A stretch of DNA of 64,000 nt from the human T2T-CHM13v2.0 reference genome, Homo sapiens. The stretch lies in assembly GCF_009914755.1 (NCBI RefSeq), contig NC_060926.1, one strand, 5' to 3'. The translations under genes and the position numbers were made by a program. The notes under the pieces were generated by a model, which worked only from the letters and a program-made list of their open reading frames with translations, had not been told where the DNA came from and made no database searches. Of this stretch, positions 16,277-31,570 are shown piece after piece. Positions within the stretch are counted from its first letter, which is position 1; the number at the start of each line of letters is the position of its first letter.

Positions 16277-18409
16277 TGCAATTAAACATGGTGATTCCAT
16301 GCCAACAATTACATTGACATCAAACATTAGACAAAATTTTGGCTGATGGATGCGAAAAGATTGTTGCTGGAATACAAAATAGTGTCCTCTCACTCTTGAC
16401 TATGCTCTACCTTCCACTGTTGCCTGGAACTCTGGCACCATTCTTACTGCACCATGGATAGTAACGACACAGCAGAGCAAGGCTGCTCCAGAGTAAATTG
16501 TTTCACTAAATTTCACAGCTAAGAAATTAGTGAGAACTAGCATTTACTACTATTAAAGCTAACTTTTCAAACCATAGGTCTTAAAATGTCTGCTATTAGT
16601 TGCAAATGTGAGAATTTAGAAAGTGTGTTTAACAATGGGTGCAATTGGTTTTGCTTTAGCGTTTTCTTGCCTTTGGAGATAGTCCTGTTGTTTTCTCTTG
16701 TCTTTCATGGAGTGGGAGGGGAGGGGACAACCTTTGAACAGCAGCACAGGCTCTTCGGTTTAGACCTGAAGTTTGTGAAATTCTAGAAAGGTCTGTTGAG
16801 GCAGACTATGCATCTTCTTTACTGAAAGCATTTAAACATAGATTTGATCATTATGTGTCTACAGATAACACTTACAGATTAATAAAAATAAGATAAATGC
16901 CACAACAGAACAAAATTACAAAAATATATACATATAGGCCACCAACATGTAGAATACTAGTTAAGCTTGATGAAAATAAAAGAAATACAAACTAACACAA
17001 GGAAATATTCTATACATCAATCAATTGTAAGGTAATTATAAAATATAAAAATTCTCCCAACATTGCCAACATTCATTCTCATTCATTTCTGTTGCCAGTA
17101 GAACCTGAGTAAAACACATACATCTCAAAACTTCATGTCATTTATTCCATTTCATCCAGTGATCTCACTTGAAGTAATCTAGCCTAGTGAAGTATTGATG
17201 AGTACTGTCAAGTCATTATGTATAAAAATATTCACAGCAATGTTATCCATAGCATAGAGTATGACACTAGACACGGCAAAATAATCAGAGATGCAGTCCA
17301 AAATTTAAATATAAAGATGTTCATTGCAGTGTTATTCATAGTAAAGATAGTTCCTACCTTTGTGTGTAAAGGCGTCTTGAAAATATGTGTCTATTCTGAA
17401 TGTCAGTAAGATAATAAACTTACATAGAATAAAGAGGTTTCTATTCCATAAGAACCAGAAATATTATGTTGTGATAACACCTTGCCAAAGTTACAATTTC
17501 AGTGATATACTTTTAGATATTATGCTTTATGTTCTACTTTATTTCAGTTTTATCTTGAGAATACCTTTTCTTATTAGTATCTATGGTTTTCCGTACTTAC
17601 ATTCTTCACACAATAAAAAAGAATACGTACAAAATACAGTATAATCTAATTGATTGTACAAACTTGCAGGAGCAAAATCAGAGAGCCAACTATGTTTGTT
17701 CATTATCTGATTTATCTGTAGTAAAGATTTAATTCAGCATGTGAGAGGTGATTTAAGGCTAATAGGGCATATTTTAGGATAGTTTGAATTTTTTAATTTC
17801 AAGCATATTTTGTCAAGAAATACCTGTGCTTATATATTAAAAAAAGAAAACCAAAGTACCCAACATAAATTTTGAAATATAAGAATCACAAATACTTTAC
17901 AGGAAAGGCTTTCAATTCTTTGGCTTATTGGAACAGCTATTCCAAGTGGAGAAACTTCCAGTTAATGTGCTCTCTGGGCAACATCCATAATCTTGGCTAC
18001 TTTTTTAGCTATTGGGAAATCATCCCAAGGATGCTTGGACCCAGAGGCTAATGATAATGAAGGAGACAACATTCCTACAGATGCTGTGTGCTACAGCTTT
18101 TCTTTTTCATTCCTTTAAGTAGAGGAGCAAACTAAGTAAGCAATGGAGCTGACATTCCTACAATTCAACTAGTAGTACTAGTCAAGGCAAAATTTTCTTC
18201 CAGGTCTGGTAAAATAAATATGTACCATTATGTATTAATAGCACACACAAGTCTTAGATGGAGATAGGACAAATAATATATACGTAGTAAATTATTGGAT
18301 GTTTTCTTTGGTCTCTTTTCAAGATATTAACATAAATGTTAAGCTCTTGTATATTCTGTTAGCAGCCTCTGTTATAAACTATACCATCAATTTGTTACAA
18401 ATGCTTATT

Positions 18410-18550
18410 AGCTCCTGATCTACTGGAAGTGTCTTAAGGGCAGAGAACATGTTTGTCATATTGTTTTATTGCTGGCACCTAAAACAGTGAGTGGCATATG
18501 TTATGTGCTCAGCAAATACTTATTACATAATCAAATAAGTAAATAATTAA
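18410..18550 (+). mobile_element. L2 3' end fragment
   Basis: gcacctaaaacagtgagtggcatatgttatgtgctcagcaaatactt plus A-rich end. Confidence 0.65.
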
Positions 18551-18740
18551 ATACGTACATGCTGAGTAAATGAGTGATTGAGCTCCAGGCTGGGAATTTA
18601 TGGAAATCTGCTTAAGGCCAAACTCTGTAGCCTACACATTTTAGTATGATTTAACGAACGAACTTGACATATTTAGCCTTGCTACTCCATGTACTACGTT
18701 TCAGTCATGCCAAACTACCCTTGGCAGTCACATCATTCTC

Positions 18741-19033
18741 CTTTTTTTTTTTTTTGGAGACAGAGTCTTGCTCTGTCACCCAGACTGGAGTGCAGTGACA
18801 CAATCTCGGCTCACTGCAAGCTCCACCTCCTGGGTTCACACCCTTCTCCTGCCTCAGCCTCCTGAGTAGCTGGGACTACAGGCGCCCACCACCGTGCCCG
18901 GCTAATTTTTTTTTTTTTTGTATTTTTAGTAGAGATGGGGTTTCACCATGGTCTTGATCTCCTGACCTCATGATCTGCCTGCCTCAGCCTCCCAAAGTGC
19001 TGGGATTACAGGCGTGAGCCACTGCGCCCAGCC
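18741..19033 (-). mobile_element. AluY with 12-bp left-arm deletion (AluYc/Yd lineage)
   Basis: caccatg^gtcttgatc lacks ttagccaggatg; TSD gcagtcacatcattctc (18724-18740 / 19036-19052). Confidence 0.9.
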
Positions 19034-19159
19034 TAGCAGTCACATCATTCTCAAAGTAAACCATACTCTTTCAGATCTTCCCTTTTAGGTATTTTTAGAG
19101 CTTATAAAAGAATATATTAGGAAGTAATTGTTTAATAAATGTTGAGTTGCATGGAAATT

Positions 19160-19660
19160 TAGAGAAGGAAAAGCTTTTCCTCTACCCTCTTTGGTTCTGT
19201 CTCTAGGGCTCGTGAATTAAATTGACAAAAGATAGATTAACAAGAGAAAAAGCATGACAATTTTATTTTATGCAGATATTTTTATGTACATGACACAGGG
19301 GCTTCACAGAAAAGAAGTGAAAAACCCAACAAAGTAGTTAGATGTGGGGGCTTTTTAGATAACTTTTTAACAATGGTTGATAAATTATAGGAAGGTTAAC
19401 TAGAAATGTGTGTTAATAGGCATTAGTAAGATTGTCTATGCAGACTCTCTTTGTCATCTCTGATCTTTCTGGTACAGAAGAGAGAAACACATTCACAAAT
19501 GGAAATTTATGTCACGTCCAAAAAGGAAATTTATGCCCTGCTGTTAAACAGAAAGAGTGAGAGCTCTTCTTGTATCTACTGTTTTTCAGTTGCTTTCAGT
19601 TCAAAATAATCTATAGCCAAAGTGGCATGTTTTGAGGTGGCATATTTTGTTACCTTTCCA
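19160..19660 (-). mobile_element. MER34A-like ERV1 LTR
   Basis: Ends ttcagttcaaaataat...gccaaagtggcatgttttgaggtggcatatt, the antisense MER34 start. Confidence 0.75.
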
Positions 19661-21049
19661 AATCTTTTTGAGCATTTTAACCTTTGATCATGTGCTGGTG
19701 TTATATTTACAGTAGGTTAGTGTTCAGTCCCATAAACTTCATAAGAAGTTATTAATACAGGGACCCATTATATTTTAAATTCCAAAATCTCTCATTTGTC
19801 TTTTTAGCACACCTGTTCAGTTTTGGTCTTCATAGTCTAAGAGAAAAGACTTGGTCTCAGCTGTTTCTAAGATCAATTCTGGAAAACTTCTTTAGATCAA
19901 TAAAAATACCTTATATTAAAAAAAATCAAACAAATAAACTTTAAATCACCTTCATGAACATATGAAGTAAGAAATGATTTCAAAAAAGGAAAATAAAATT
20001 ATACCTCTAAGTTATATTGGCTTATTTTTCTCCAGCTCTCACTATCTTAGTATCCTGCACTTATTTCTTGAAAATTAAATTTCTTGTAAGTAGAATGTCA
20101 TTTCAGGCCTTCTTCAGTTGGCCTCTGATATTTGCATATAACTGCCATTTCAGTGAATATGGGTTTTGCTTAGCAATTAATCAGAGTCAGAATGCCTTCC
20201 GTTGTAGAAAGTAATTCACATGCAGATAGTTTCCTTAACTTTCTTCATTGAATTCCAAAGGAAATGTATGAAGCATCTGGATTTTTGACATACCTCTGTC
20301 TCAATAGTTGAAGTGATAATGTTTTTATTGAAGAGATATAAAACACCTGGGGTGTTAACATTTAATTGAAGCTTTTTTTTTTTGAAAGAACAGAAATGAA
20401 TTTGTACTTTGTCATAATCTATTTCCCCAAAGAAGCAGTTACTCCACAGAAATCAGGCAATAGAACTGATACCTCATTTGATTTTTAGCCAAATGATCAA
20501 AATACTCATTATCTAAAGAATACTAATCCAATTGTAATAACACTGAAAATAAGAATAAATATCATCTTGTGTTAAATATATATTCCATTTAACAAAAATA
20601 TATATTTTAAATATAGTTTTAGCTTATATTATTTTCAGCCTATAACAACACCTGGATCTGGCAAGATTCAAAGTCAAGTGTGCCGAGAATTATCCTATCT
20701 GGTAGAATTTTGAAGATTGTGAATTGTGTTATTGCATTTTCTTATAAACAAACAAACCACATAATAGCAAATAACATTGTGATTGGCTAAAATTGGAAGA
20801 CTTTAAAATAGTAACCCTGGTAAATACTGTCATTTTAGAGAACGAGCCTTTTTGTAAGAAATAATAAGTAATTAAAAATTTCAATCTTATCTTTTCTATA
20901 TAACTAGTCCATTATATGAAATAGGAGCTCCGGAACTGGAGGATCTCTTTTGCACAAAAATTTAAACTCACATATCCATGAAATAATATGATTTTTTTTT
21001 CACTTTTATTGCTCATGAGCACTTAGACTATGTGTTGAAGAATTTTTAA

Positions 21050-21560
21050 AGGTAAAATCATGAAACACAGAAAAAATGAACATATTTCAAAGATTTTATT
21101 CTACATAATAATTAGTAAAGGAATCAGTAAGATGTAAAAACTGGCTCAAAGGAGAATTCAAAGGATACACATGTATAAACAATTAGAAATACTGAAGTGA
21201 ATTTGCAAACAAATGTAAATTAGGTCAATATCCACAGGGCAATGGTCAATTGCATTTGCACTGGACAAAATTAATTTTCATTTCTAACAAAAAGAATCAT
21301 TTGCATTACTATCAGTTTTTCACAACTTAGAATTGTGAAATAGATTGAAGACCATGAAAGGCTTAAATAAAGGTATTCTGGACAGAAAACTACTAATTGA
21401 TTTTTCCCATTTCAAAGTCTTATGGTTTTTCCTGACATATGTCATTGTGAGGTCATAATTTGAAAGGCAGAGTTAATGTTGCCTTTCACTGTGAGGAAGT
21501 AAAATTAATGAAATAAAGGACATAACCAAAACCAGTCACTTTTCAAGAATGGCTGATAAA
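21050..21560. mobile_element. Old interspersed repeat, same family as 8015-9010 (uncertain)
   Basis: Collinear similarity blocks with 8015-9010. Confidence 0.4.
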
Positions 21561-21586
21561 ATGTGAATACTTGTTGTGTACTTTTA

Positions 21587-21944
<358 letters not shown>

Positions 21945-22123
21945 TGTTGTGTACTTTTAAAATAAAAAATTGTAATTAACCTTTACAAAGGATAATTTCC
22001 TTATACCTACCTCACATGACCATTTATATAGATTTTTGGTCTTTCTAATAATTGTTAAAGAAGTATGAGAGAAAGATATGAGTTGTATTAATAGAAGAAC
22101 AAACTAAGCTAAGATTCTTAACA

Positions 22124-22764
<641 letters not shown>

Positions 22765-24479
22765 CTAAGGCTTAAACCAGATTCTGAATGGAATCCACAA
22801 TTTCTAAAAGTAAAAACTTCTATTTCAGAACAAAATGATTCTGACCTACTTGTGTGCCTCATATTATTTCATTCAATCTTTTGGACTATTTATAGCAGAA
22901 AAGACAGCCAGGCTAACACAGAAACTGAAGTATGCTGGTGCGACAGGCAGATTTGTCTGAAAATCACACTGGGGACTCACACTAAGTTGCCTGAACATTG
23001 AGCTATTTGGGAACCTCCATCTTCCCACTCATTTTTATTTTATTCCAGCAAAAACATTATGGGTGCCTCATAATTGAGGTTCTCATTGGACCGTTGCCTT
23101 TTTCCCCCCCGGAATGAGGAGCCACAATTATCTCATACGAGACAACTCCTATAAAGCACTGGTACTGCTATCCAGTCTGTCTGGCACTTCAGTCAGCTGA
23201 TTATTTGCCAATTGCTCTATAAAAAAGGGAGAGAAATGTCTTGATGGAGTCTCTTCCTTGGAATGCAGACATATGTTACACATCTTAGAGAGAGCCCTCG
23301 CGTGAGGACTGTGTGATGCTATTCAAAATTAGAAGGCCTGTGGTTTCTATTCTTATGAAACCTTGGCTGCAGAGTTCCTCAATAAAGTCTATTCCTATTC
23401 TTCAACCCATGCTGTAAGGTTTTGTGAATTTTTTACCTAGCTTTAGGAAAATACAGTGGGTGATGCTAAAGGGAAATAAATTTATGAAACGTGGTGATCA
23501 CAAAGAGATCAAATTCATACACTAATCACTGTAATAATATATACGTACCTATTCTATTATTTCAATGATGCTTATGACCTTGATAAGAAAAAAAAAAGCT
23601 GGGAGATTTGGGGATTCAGAGACATATAAGCAAGTACAGCAAACTTGGGAGACAGCAGCCGAAGCTAAATGGTAGGTAAGACTTCAGGGCTCTTGGGACT
23701 TGAAGAAAGAGACAAGTATAACTATCAGGACTCACCAACTGGAGTGAATTTAGGGAAGAGGATATTATGATGGCTGTCATTTGAATACATCCCTGACTCC
23801 ACCAATATAGTTGAGCATGTTCATACCATTGGCATGAAAGAACTGCCTATAAAACAAAAAAGAACAGTTTTACTTAAGCTTTGGGACTCTAGTAACTCTG
23901 ATATGGCTCCCTGATGAAAGGAGCATAACGTAAAGTGATAGGAGACATCTTCCTACCAACACTAGAAAATTAAGCACAGATTGACCAGAGCATTAAAAGG
24001 CATTTGTCAAGTGCCTGAGGTGAGTGACATTTGTGAGAAAAGCTGACTGAGAGAGATTAGTCACAATTTGAAAAGAAGTACAAGTGAGTTCTGAGATATC
24101 ACCTGGAGCAGCCCAGGAGCAGTGGTGAGAGTATCTGGGCCATATGCAACAGCAGGAAATCAGCAGTTCAAGCCAGAGATGGCAGGAATTTCAAGGGCAA
24201 TAACATAGTTTGAATTGTCTATCCAAAAATATTTATTTGCAGGCACTGGCATAGAAACATGGATATGGCATCGAAGCACAGATATAGATTTTGACATAAA
24301 AAAACTTATTACAGCACAAATGGCATAATCTATACTGTCTACAATGAGCTCTTTCACTTTGTAGATATATCTTGAATACCTTCCCAAACCTGTATCCAAG
24401 CATCTTCAGGCTATAGACTTAGATACTTCGATTTGAAGCCTGGGTTCTCCACACGCTGAGCCCACCCTCAGCCTGGGCT

Positions 24480-24826
24480 TTGCTCTTGTGTTCACTTGCT
24501 TAGGACATGCTTTCTCCATCTATATGATTTACATCATCCCTTGACACAGATCACTTCTCAATTGTCACCAAGCACCCTTTTTAACTCAGTTCCCTGTTCT
24601 TCTCTACTCCATTCTCACCCATCATTCTTTATCCACAGACTATTTTTTTATGATAGCACTTATCACTAATAGCCTTGGCATTATATATTTATCTGTTTAT
24701 CATCTACCTTTCTTACTAAAATGTGAACTCTAGAAGGAAAAGAACTTTTTAGGTTTTATTCACTGCCATATTCCCCAAGTCCTGATATAAAATAAGCTCT
24801 TGATAAATATTGTTGAAAGGATGAAC
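24480..24826 (+). mobile_element. L2 3' fragment
   Basis: atagcacttatcact...actaaaatgtgaactctagaagg...ttattcactgc...ataaatattgttgaaaggatgaa. Confidence 0.7.
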
Positions 24827-24974
24827 ATATCAATTATTTAACTTGCTGATTATCAATGGTGTGACTTTCTGATAGCCAGCTTTTTCCTTCATACATAAAA
24901 AATATTTTATGTATTATGCTAATAACACTACATATTTTGCATAGTAGATGTAAATATAAAAAGAGATTATTTTA

Positions 24975-25165
24975 GTAATTATAATAATAGCTAATACTTA
25001 TTGAGTACATACTGAGCAGACTTCTCATTTCAGCATCTCTCCAACCTATAAAATACAGATTATAATTAAACCCACTGTGGATGATGGTGCTGTGTCTCAC
25101 AGAGTTCAGAAGTGATGGAGAGATGATGTTATTCCAAGCTGTCAGATTCCTCAAAACTGTACTAT
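24975..25165 (-). mobile_element. MIR fragment
   Basis: ataataatagctaatacttattgagt start typical of antisense MIR. Confidence 0.55.
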
Positions 25166-25613
25166 GCTAGTTTCTTGATGCATATACCATAGGCTCAATT
25201 CATGATGATTAATATTGTTAGTAACATTATTTATTGTTGTTATTACATTGTTCTTTACATGACCACACAGTAGTCACAGATATATGTGGTTTATTTTACT
25301 TGATATTGCTATATGTTTTTAAGAAACTTGTATAATATTCTTGAATGATTTAATTCCAAAAGGAAGCCTCTATATTTATTTCTATTTTAATAAAGAGGGT
25401 GCTAATGTCTTGGTCATTTAATAATTACCAAATATTTTAGGTGGTCTACCCTAAAGGTTCTGCACAAAGGGACTTCTGGAGTATTCATTAAAATGCAATA
25501 AATGTGCTTTCTGACTTTATATTATGTATCAAAATACTTAGGCAAAATCGAAAGAATGGAAATAACATACATTACCTTTAAAGATCAAAGCTCACTTAAG
25601 AAATGCACCTATT

Positions 25614-25616
<3 letters not shown>

Positions 25617-25652
<36 letters not shown>

Positions 25653-25932
25653 GAGACATAGTCTTGCTGTGTCACGCAGGCTGGAGTGCAGTGGGGTGAT
25701 CTCGGCTCGTTGTAATGTCTGCCTCCCTGGTTCAAGGGATTCTTCTGCCTCAGCCTCCTGAGTAGCTGGGACTGCAGGCACTTGCCACCACGCCCGGCTA
25801 ATTTTTGTATTTTTAGTAGATGGGGGGTTCCACCATGTTGGTCAGGCTGGTCTCAAACTCCTGACCTCGTGATCCACCCACCTTAGCCTCCCAAAGTGCG
25901 GGGATTACAGGCATGAGCCACCGCACTTGGCC
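25617..25932 (-). mobile_element. AluS (Sg-like) with (TTTA)n tail
   Basis: TSD aaatgcacctatttta (25601-25616) / aaatgcatctatttta (25934-25949). Confidence 0.93.
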
Positions 25933-26398
25933 AAAATGCATCTATTTTAGAGCCCACTGAAGGGAGCAGCACAAGTCACTATAATCCCTTCTTGAAGAAA
26001 ACATATTTTACCTGTCACTAAAAAGACTATTGAATGTTTATATAAATATTAAAAACATTTGAGAAGTAATTATGGTTCAAGATTACAATTAACATTTCTA
26101 AACGGAATAGAGTACCTGTAAGATGCTAACTTGTATAAACAACGCATGAAGTGTGCTACAATAATCTTAATTGCCATCAGTCTTCCAGTGAACCTTTTCA
26201 AAAGATACATCAAAAGATTTGCCAACTTAAACTGTCCAGTTGTTTGGAAAGCCTTCCACAATACCACTTACAAAGAACATGTAAAATAAATTAAATGCAT
26301 ATTCCATATATTTTATTGCTTCTCCAACTTTTGCACAAGCAAGCTAGAGTTACACACACACACACACATATATATAAAACATTTATTAATGTATAGTA

Positions 26399-26760
26399 TA
26401 TTTCTCAGTCTGTTTAGGCTGCTATAATAAAATACCTTAACTGGATAATTTATAGACAATAGAAATTTATTTCTCACAGTTCTGGAGGCTGGGAAGTCCA
26501 AGATCAAGGCACTTGCAGATTTGGTGTTGTTGAGGACCTGTTCCTTATAGATGGCTACTTGTTGCTACATGCTTACATGGTGGAAGGGAAGGAAGCAGCT
26601 CCCTCCAACCTCTCTAATATGGACACTAATACCATTTATGAACGTGGAACATTCATGCCTCAATCACTTCCCAAAAGGCTCCACTTCTTAATACTATCAC
26701 ATTGGGTATCAGGTTTCAACATACAAATTTTGGTGTGAACCTCAAATTCAGACTATAGGT
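26399..26760 (-). mobile_element. MLT1A-type MaLR solo LTR
   Basis: aaatttatttctcacagttctggaggctgggaagtccaagatcaagg hallmark. Confidence 0.85.
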
Positions 26761-27409
26761 ATTTATCTTTGGGAAGTTATTTAAAATTCAGAATTGACCC
26801 TTATAATACTCCTGATAGTTATTATTAATCAGATCTATTTCAATTGAAATAAAAACACATTTCTGTTTTTTTTGTTTTTGTTTTTGTTTTTTGGCAGAAA
26901 GACAGTATTTCACAAAGTTGAATGCACAGAAAGCCCTGTGACAACTCCTGGAAGTTTTCCATCTGAATATGTGCATCTCTATTTTTTGTGTAGTACAAGT
27001 TTAGCTCAATATTGAGCTAAGAACAAGGAATAACTATCTCTTGCAACTTCTGCTTCTCTTCATCCTCAAAAACATCCTCCTAGTTCAACCTCTGATTACT
27101 TGTGCTAAGCCAATTGTACCAGATTCCTCTCACTTAAGAGAACTACAAATTGGTTGGATTTGACAATAAGCCAGCTTTGCCCAGAGCAAAAGGTAAGCCA
27201 GTTCAGTAAGTAAAAAATACAGAATTCTGAGCCATAATCAAAAAGGAATACCTGTTATATCTTTTAAAATGTATGTGTCCACATTATATGTAACACATTA
27301 TTAAAAATGATTTCATGCATTTTTATTTTCCAGAGAGATTCATTTTATAAATTTATACTCATTTCGTTTTTCTGACATGTATTACTTTGATATTTCTGAC
27401 ACTTATCAC

Positions 27410-27411
<2 letters not shown>

Positions 27412-27448
<37 letters not shown>
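27412..27448. repeat. Perfect (TG)18 microsatellite
   Basis: Directly visible. Confidence 0.95.
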
Positions 27449-27450
<2 letters not shown>

Positions 27451-27539
27451 CTGTCTGTATCTAAGGACCCTGAGGGAATACATCCTAAAATTCTAGAAAA
27501 GTGAATTGAATTATTTGGAACCCTATATGTTCATCATCA

Positions 27540-27790
27540 TATTCAATTAATTTGGAAACATGTACATAGTAGGAAACAGCTATTGTATGAAAGACATTGT
27601 TGGATTGTTGGCTGCGTTGAGGGAGATGTAAAGCTTTAAAGCTGTGGTCCCTGTCACAGAGAGCTCACAATTTAGTTGAAGCAACAGAGTTACATTAAAG
27701 TAAAATTCAAGGGAGTGTGTAATTTGGCATGAGATGAGAGATATAGACAATGAGTACTATGGAAATTCATAGGATGAAGAGAATACTTAG
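27540..27790 (-). mobile_element. L2 fragment
   Basis: tggtccctgtcacagagagctcacaatttagt...gagtactatggaaattcatagga antisense L2 motifs. Confidence 0.55.
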
Positions 27791-28244
27791 TACTTTGCAG
27801 CTGAAAAGCCCTCTGATTTATTCTCATCTTTAACAGAATCATTCTGCTTTTATCTGTTTTATTTGTTTATGCTTCTGGCTAGGATTTCATCTAAAGAGAG
27901 GGTTCTGTGGGAAAAATAATTTTGAAAATCACTATTGCCATAATAAAGTGGAACAGTGACAAAGATATTTAAAACAATATTGGGTAATCTAACGTATATG
28001 CATATGCTTGTTTTTATAGCGCATCATGTGGTGCTTTGGAAGTATGTTGATTTACTTTTATAACCTGCCAACCTGCCATGGATTTCAAAGTAAATGTAGA
28101 TGCCAGTGTCTTTTCAAAGGCTTTAGCCACCTGCGATTGCCTAAGGAATATCATACGATCTTTTTAGCAAAGCACATTCCCCGTTCAGTCTCCAACTTGC
28201 CTTTCTTTATTCTATTTCTTTTGATTACAACCTGATGCCCAATA

Positions 28245-28410
28245 CCACAACCATACCACCCTATGAGATGTTTATTTTTAATTTCCATTTTACAAATCAG
28301 AATACTGAGGTTCAGTATGGCTGGCCATCAGTAGATCAGAGGCTGTCACATAAACACACAGATCTGGCTCTAAATACATGTTCTTTCCTTAATGTCATGT
28401 TATGTACCAT
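28245..28410 (-). mobile_element. MIR fragment
   Basis: ccattttacaaatcagaatactgaggttcag core. Confidence 0.6.
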
Positions 28411-29358
28411 TAGTCATTCACTTCTACAACTGCAATGTTAATCTCATCACCCTTGCTTAAAATGCTTGTTAAATCAATAAAGAAACAAGAAACTAGATAT
28501 AAAAGATAAATTTATAATAAAATTCCACTCTTAAGCTTACCTCATGTGGGAACATAGCATCAAATTTTCAAAGTGGGTTTCCTAGTTTCTCATTATATTT
28601 TCTTCTACAGAAAAGGGATACAGTTTTTCAGTCTTTGATGGTGTCTGAACACTAGATGTCCATTCATCTCTGAGGCTATTGTTAAATTCTGATAGTAACA
28701 TTTTGAGAATTTCTATTGCTGTTTCTGATAAGTGAAATCAGTATAGTGTTACAGTTTTCTAGAATATTATATGAATGCTGTGGGTAGGTAAAGATGAGAA
28801 GTAAAAACATGGCACATAATTCACAACCTCATAAAAAGGGCCTATAGTGATTTCTCTTTGTTTTATAGCTAACCAAGTATTTTCCTTTTTTTGAAAATAA
28901 ATTGAGGCAGAAAAAAAGCTTTCTTTTAATTTATATATTGTTTTATTTTAAACAAAAACTATTAGATGAAGTGCCAATTTTACACAGTTTGCAATTTGAC
29001 AATACTTCAAAAGAGAGACATTTTCATCCAGTCAAGTTACTATTTGAAAAATAATTACATTTTCAGTTGACTTATTAGATTTGTAGATAGGGTATGACAA
29101 GCTCATTTAATATCCCAACTTCCTAGATATTATTTAAGAAATGAGTTTTACTTAGGCTGCCAATTCAGGATAACACAAGCCCTTGTAAAGAGCCTGCTCA
29201 AAGTTCCCAAATTTATAGAAAATGTAGATACCATTAAAATAATAAGAACTAGAAATAGTTCCATCTTCTCCATAATAGTTCTTCATAAAATGACAGCAAT
29301 CTATTTTAGTGCCAGGAGACACTGAGTTAGATCTAGGCAAAGCTTTTCTCTTGTAGAA

Positions 29359-29409
29359 TGTGTGTGTGTGTATCTGTGTGTGTGTGTGTGTGTATCTGTG
29401 TGTGTGTGT
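29359..29409. repeat. Interrupted (TG)n microsatellite
   Basis: TG runs with two TATC interruptions; an isolated A21 run follows at 29549-29569. Confidence 0.9.
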
Positions 29410-30619
29410 TTGTGGGTGAGTGTAGTTCCCATGGAATTAGGGGGTTTTGATAAAATTATGGGAAATGTTATTATACTCTGTAAGTCAGCCTGGTTAAATG
29501 TGATAGAAGACAATCTTTAATAAATTCTCCTATTTATTTGTCTTTAGCAAAAAAAAAAAAAAAAAAAAAGTGAAACTATGCATATACCTTGATTTGCCTC
29601 CCAAATAATCCATTCTTCCCTGGTATGCCCTATTAAGTACAACGTGCTTATGCATTTTATCTTTAATAAGCAAGTTGTAGTAGTAGAAAAGTTTAAGCTT
29701 TGTTATGAAAAGTTAAAAAGTCATTTTGTCCTTGATGCAAATCTTTCCTTCTGGATGAGAGGCTGTTGTACATTAGCAAAACTGGCAACCCTTTAAAAAC
29801 AGTTCTGAAAGCAACTGTGATATTTGAAGATAAAAAGGATAAGGACATTACCTGCATTCTGTCCTGCCAACCTGAGAGGTAAATCCTTTGATGTTCAAAT
29901 GAGAGAATCTTAAATTCCTTTATCTTTCTACTTTAAAAAAAACTGTCCATAAATTCATTTTATAAACATGTATTATATTTTCCATACTGAATCTCTGCTA
30001 TTATGCATGCATACTAGATAAGTACATTCCATTTGAATGTCAATGTCTGATTACATTTATTTTTCTATCTTCACTGAGGCAGACTCTTTCACAGGAAGTG
30101 GAAATCTTGGGTATCATTCATTACATTAGAGAATTGAAATAACCTAGAAAATTTAAATACCAAAGAAATATTTACTCATCCATCCATTAATTCATTATCA
30201 ATCAGCACTTTTTTGTCATCTAAAAATGAACAGAACTTTAAATTCTAGTTTTACAGTCCTCTATGGCTGCTATTAAGCAGCAGAGGGTAAATAAATGAAA
30301 GAAATTAGGTATAACCTGAATTTCTCTACTGTGTAAATGGGACAGAGATGAGCAATATTCTGCAAATACCCACATGTACACTGCAGGCATTTCTGGGGTT
30401 TCCTGGGAAAGTCTCACATGTACTCCAAAAATTACCCTGATCCTCATGGTCAGAGAGCTATTGCACTTGCTGTGACTTCTCAAAGGGCTACAGTGTCTCC
30501 TTATGTCCCTGCTGGGCTGCTTGGTCTCTCCCTGTGCTCTTCCCTGCCAAAGCCATTAGTACAGAACATTGATAGGGACTATGCTGAAACACAGAATTTG
30601 TTCTGAAACAAGGGACATA

Positions 30620-30960
30620 TTTTTTAATATGGCCAAATATACAAGAGGTACAAAAGATAATATAATCTCTGTACATCTACCACCCAACTAGGGAAAAAAA
30701 TGCCAATATATTGGAAGACTCCTCATAATGCTATACTCTTTTCCCATATCATTTAAATGTTTTAATTTTTATTTTTACTATAGGTACATATCATTAAACT
30801 ATATCTAATTTTACATGATTTTAAATATCATATAAATGATATAGTATATATGTATATTTCTATCTTGCCTTTTTCTCCTAAATCTTATGCTAATTTGTTC
30901 AATGTTTAGTTTTCAATATTAATTTTGCTTACCTTTCACCTGAGTTCATTTATTTTCACC
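30620..30960 (-). mobile_element. Old L1M 3' fragment
   Basis: Degenerate antisense L1ME-like motifs (acatctaccaccca, atataaatgatata, gagttcatttattttcac). Confidence 0.45.
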
Positions 30961-30965
30961 ATCAT

Positions 30966-31310
30966 TGCATTACTCTGTTCTCATACTGCTATGAAGAATA
31001 CCCAAGAGTGGATAATTTATAGAGAAAAGAGGTTGAACTGACTCACAGTTCCACATGGCTAGGGAGCCCTTCAGGAAACTTACAATCGTGGCAGAAGGCA
31101 CGTCTTCACAGGGTGGCAGGAGAGAGAATGAATGCCAGCAGGGGAAATGCCAGACAGTTATAAAACCATCGGAATTCATGAGAACAGCATGGGGAAAACC
31201 GCCCACATGATTCAATTACCTCACATCAGGTCCTTCCCACAACACATGAGGATTATGGGATTACAATTCAAGATGAGATTTGGGTGAGGACACAAAGCAA
31301 AATCCTATCA
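30966..31310 (-). mobile_element. THE1D-like MaLR solo LTR
   Basis: TG..CA ends, gactcacagttccacatggct, gaaggcacgtcttcacagggtggcagg; 5-bp TSD atcat/accat. Confidence 0.88.
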
Positions 31311-31364
31311 ACCATATAAATTTTCCTTTGTATATCCTACCAGATTTATTATAAATCTAAACTA

Positions 31365-31570
31365 ATTTAGACAGTGTGAGAATTGGAAGAAAGAAAATAA
31401 TCAAAATTGGTAACTTGGTATATGACAGCAATAGTAGCTCATTTGAAAAAAATAGTGATAATGGGGATGGAAGAACTGGTTGTTCACAAAGGAAAAAAGT
31501 AGGATTTATATTTCATAACATATACACACAAATCAATTTCAGGTGAAAACAAAAACTTTAAATCATTTGA
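31365..31570 (+). mobile_element. Old L1M ORF2-region fragment
   Basis: aacttggtatatgaca...catatacacacaaatcaatttcagg resembles L1 ORF2 3' part. Confidence 0.45.
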
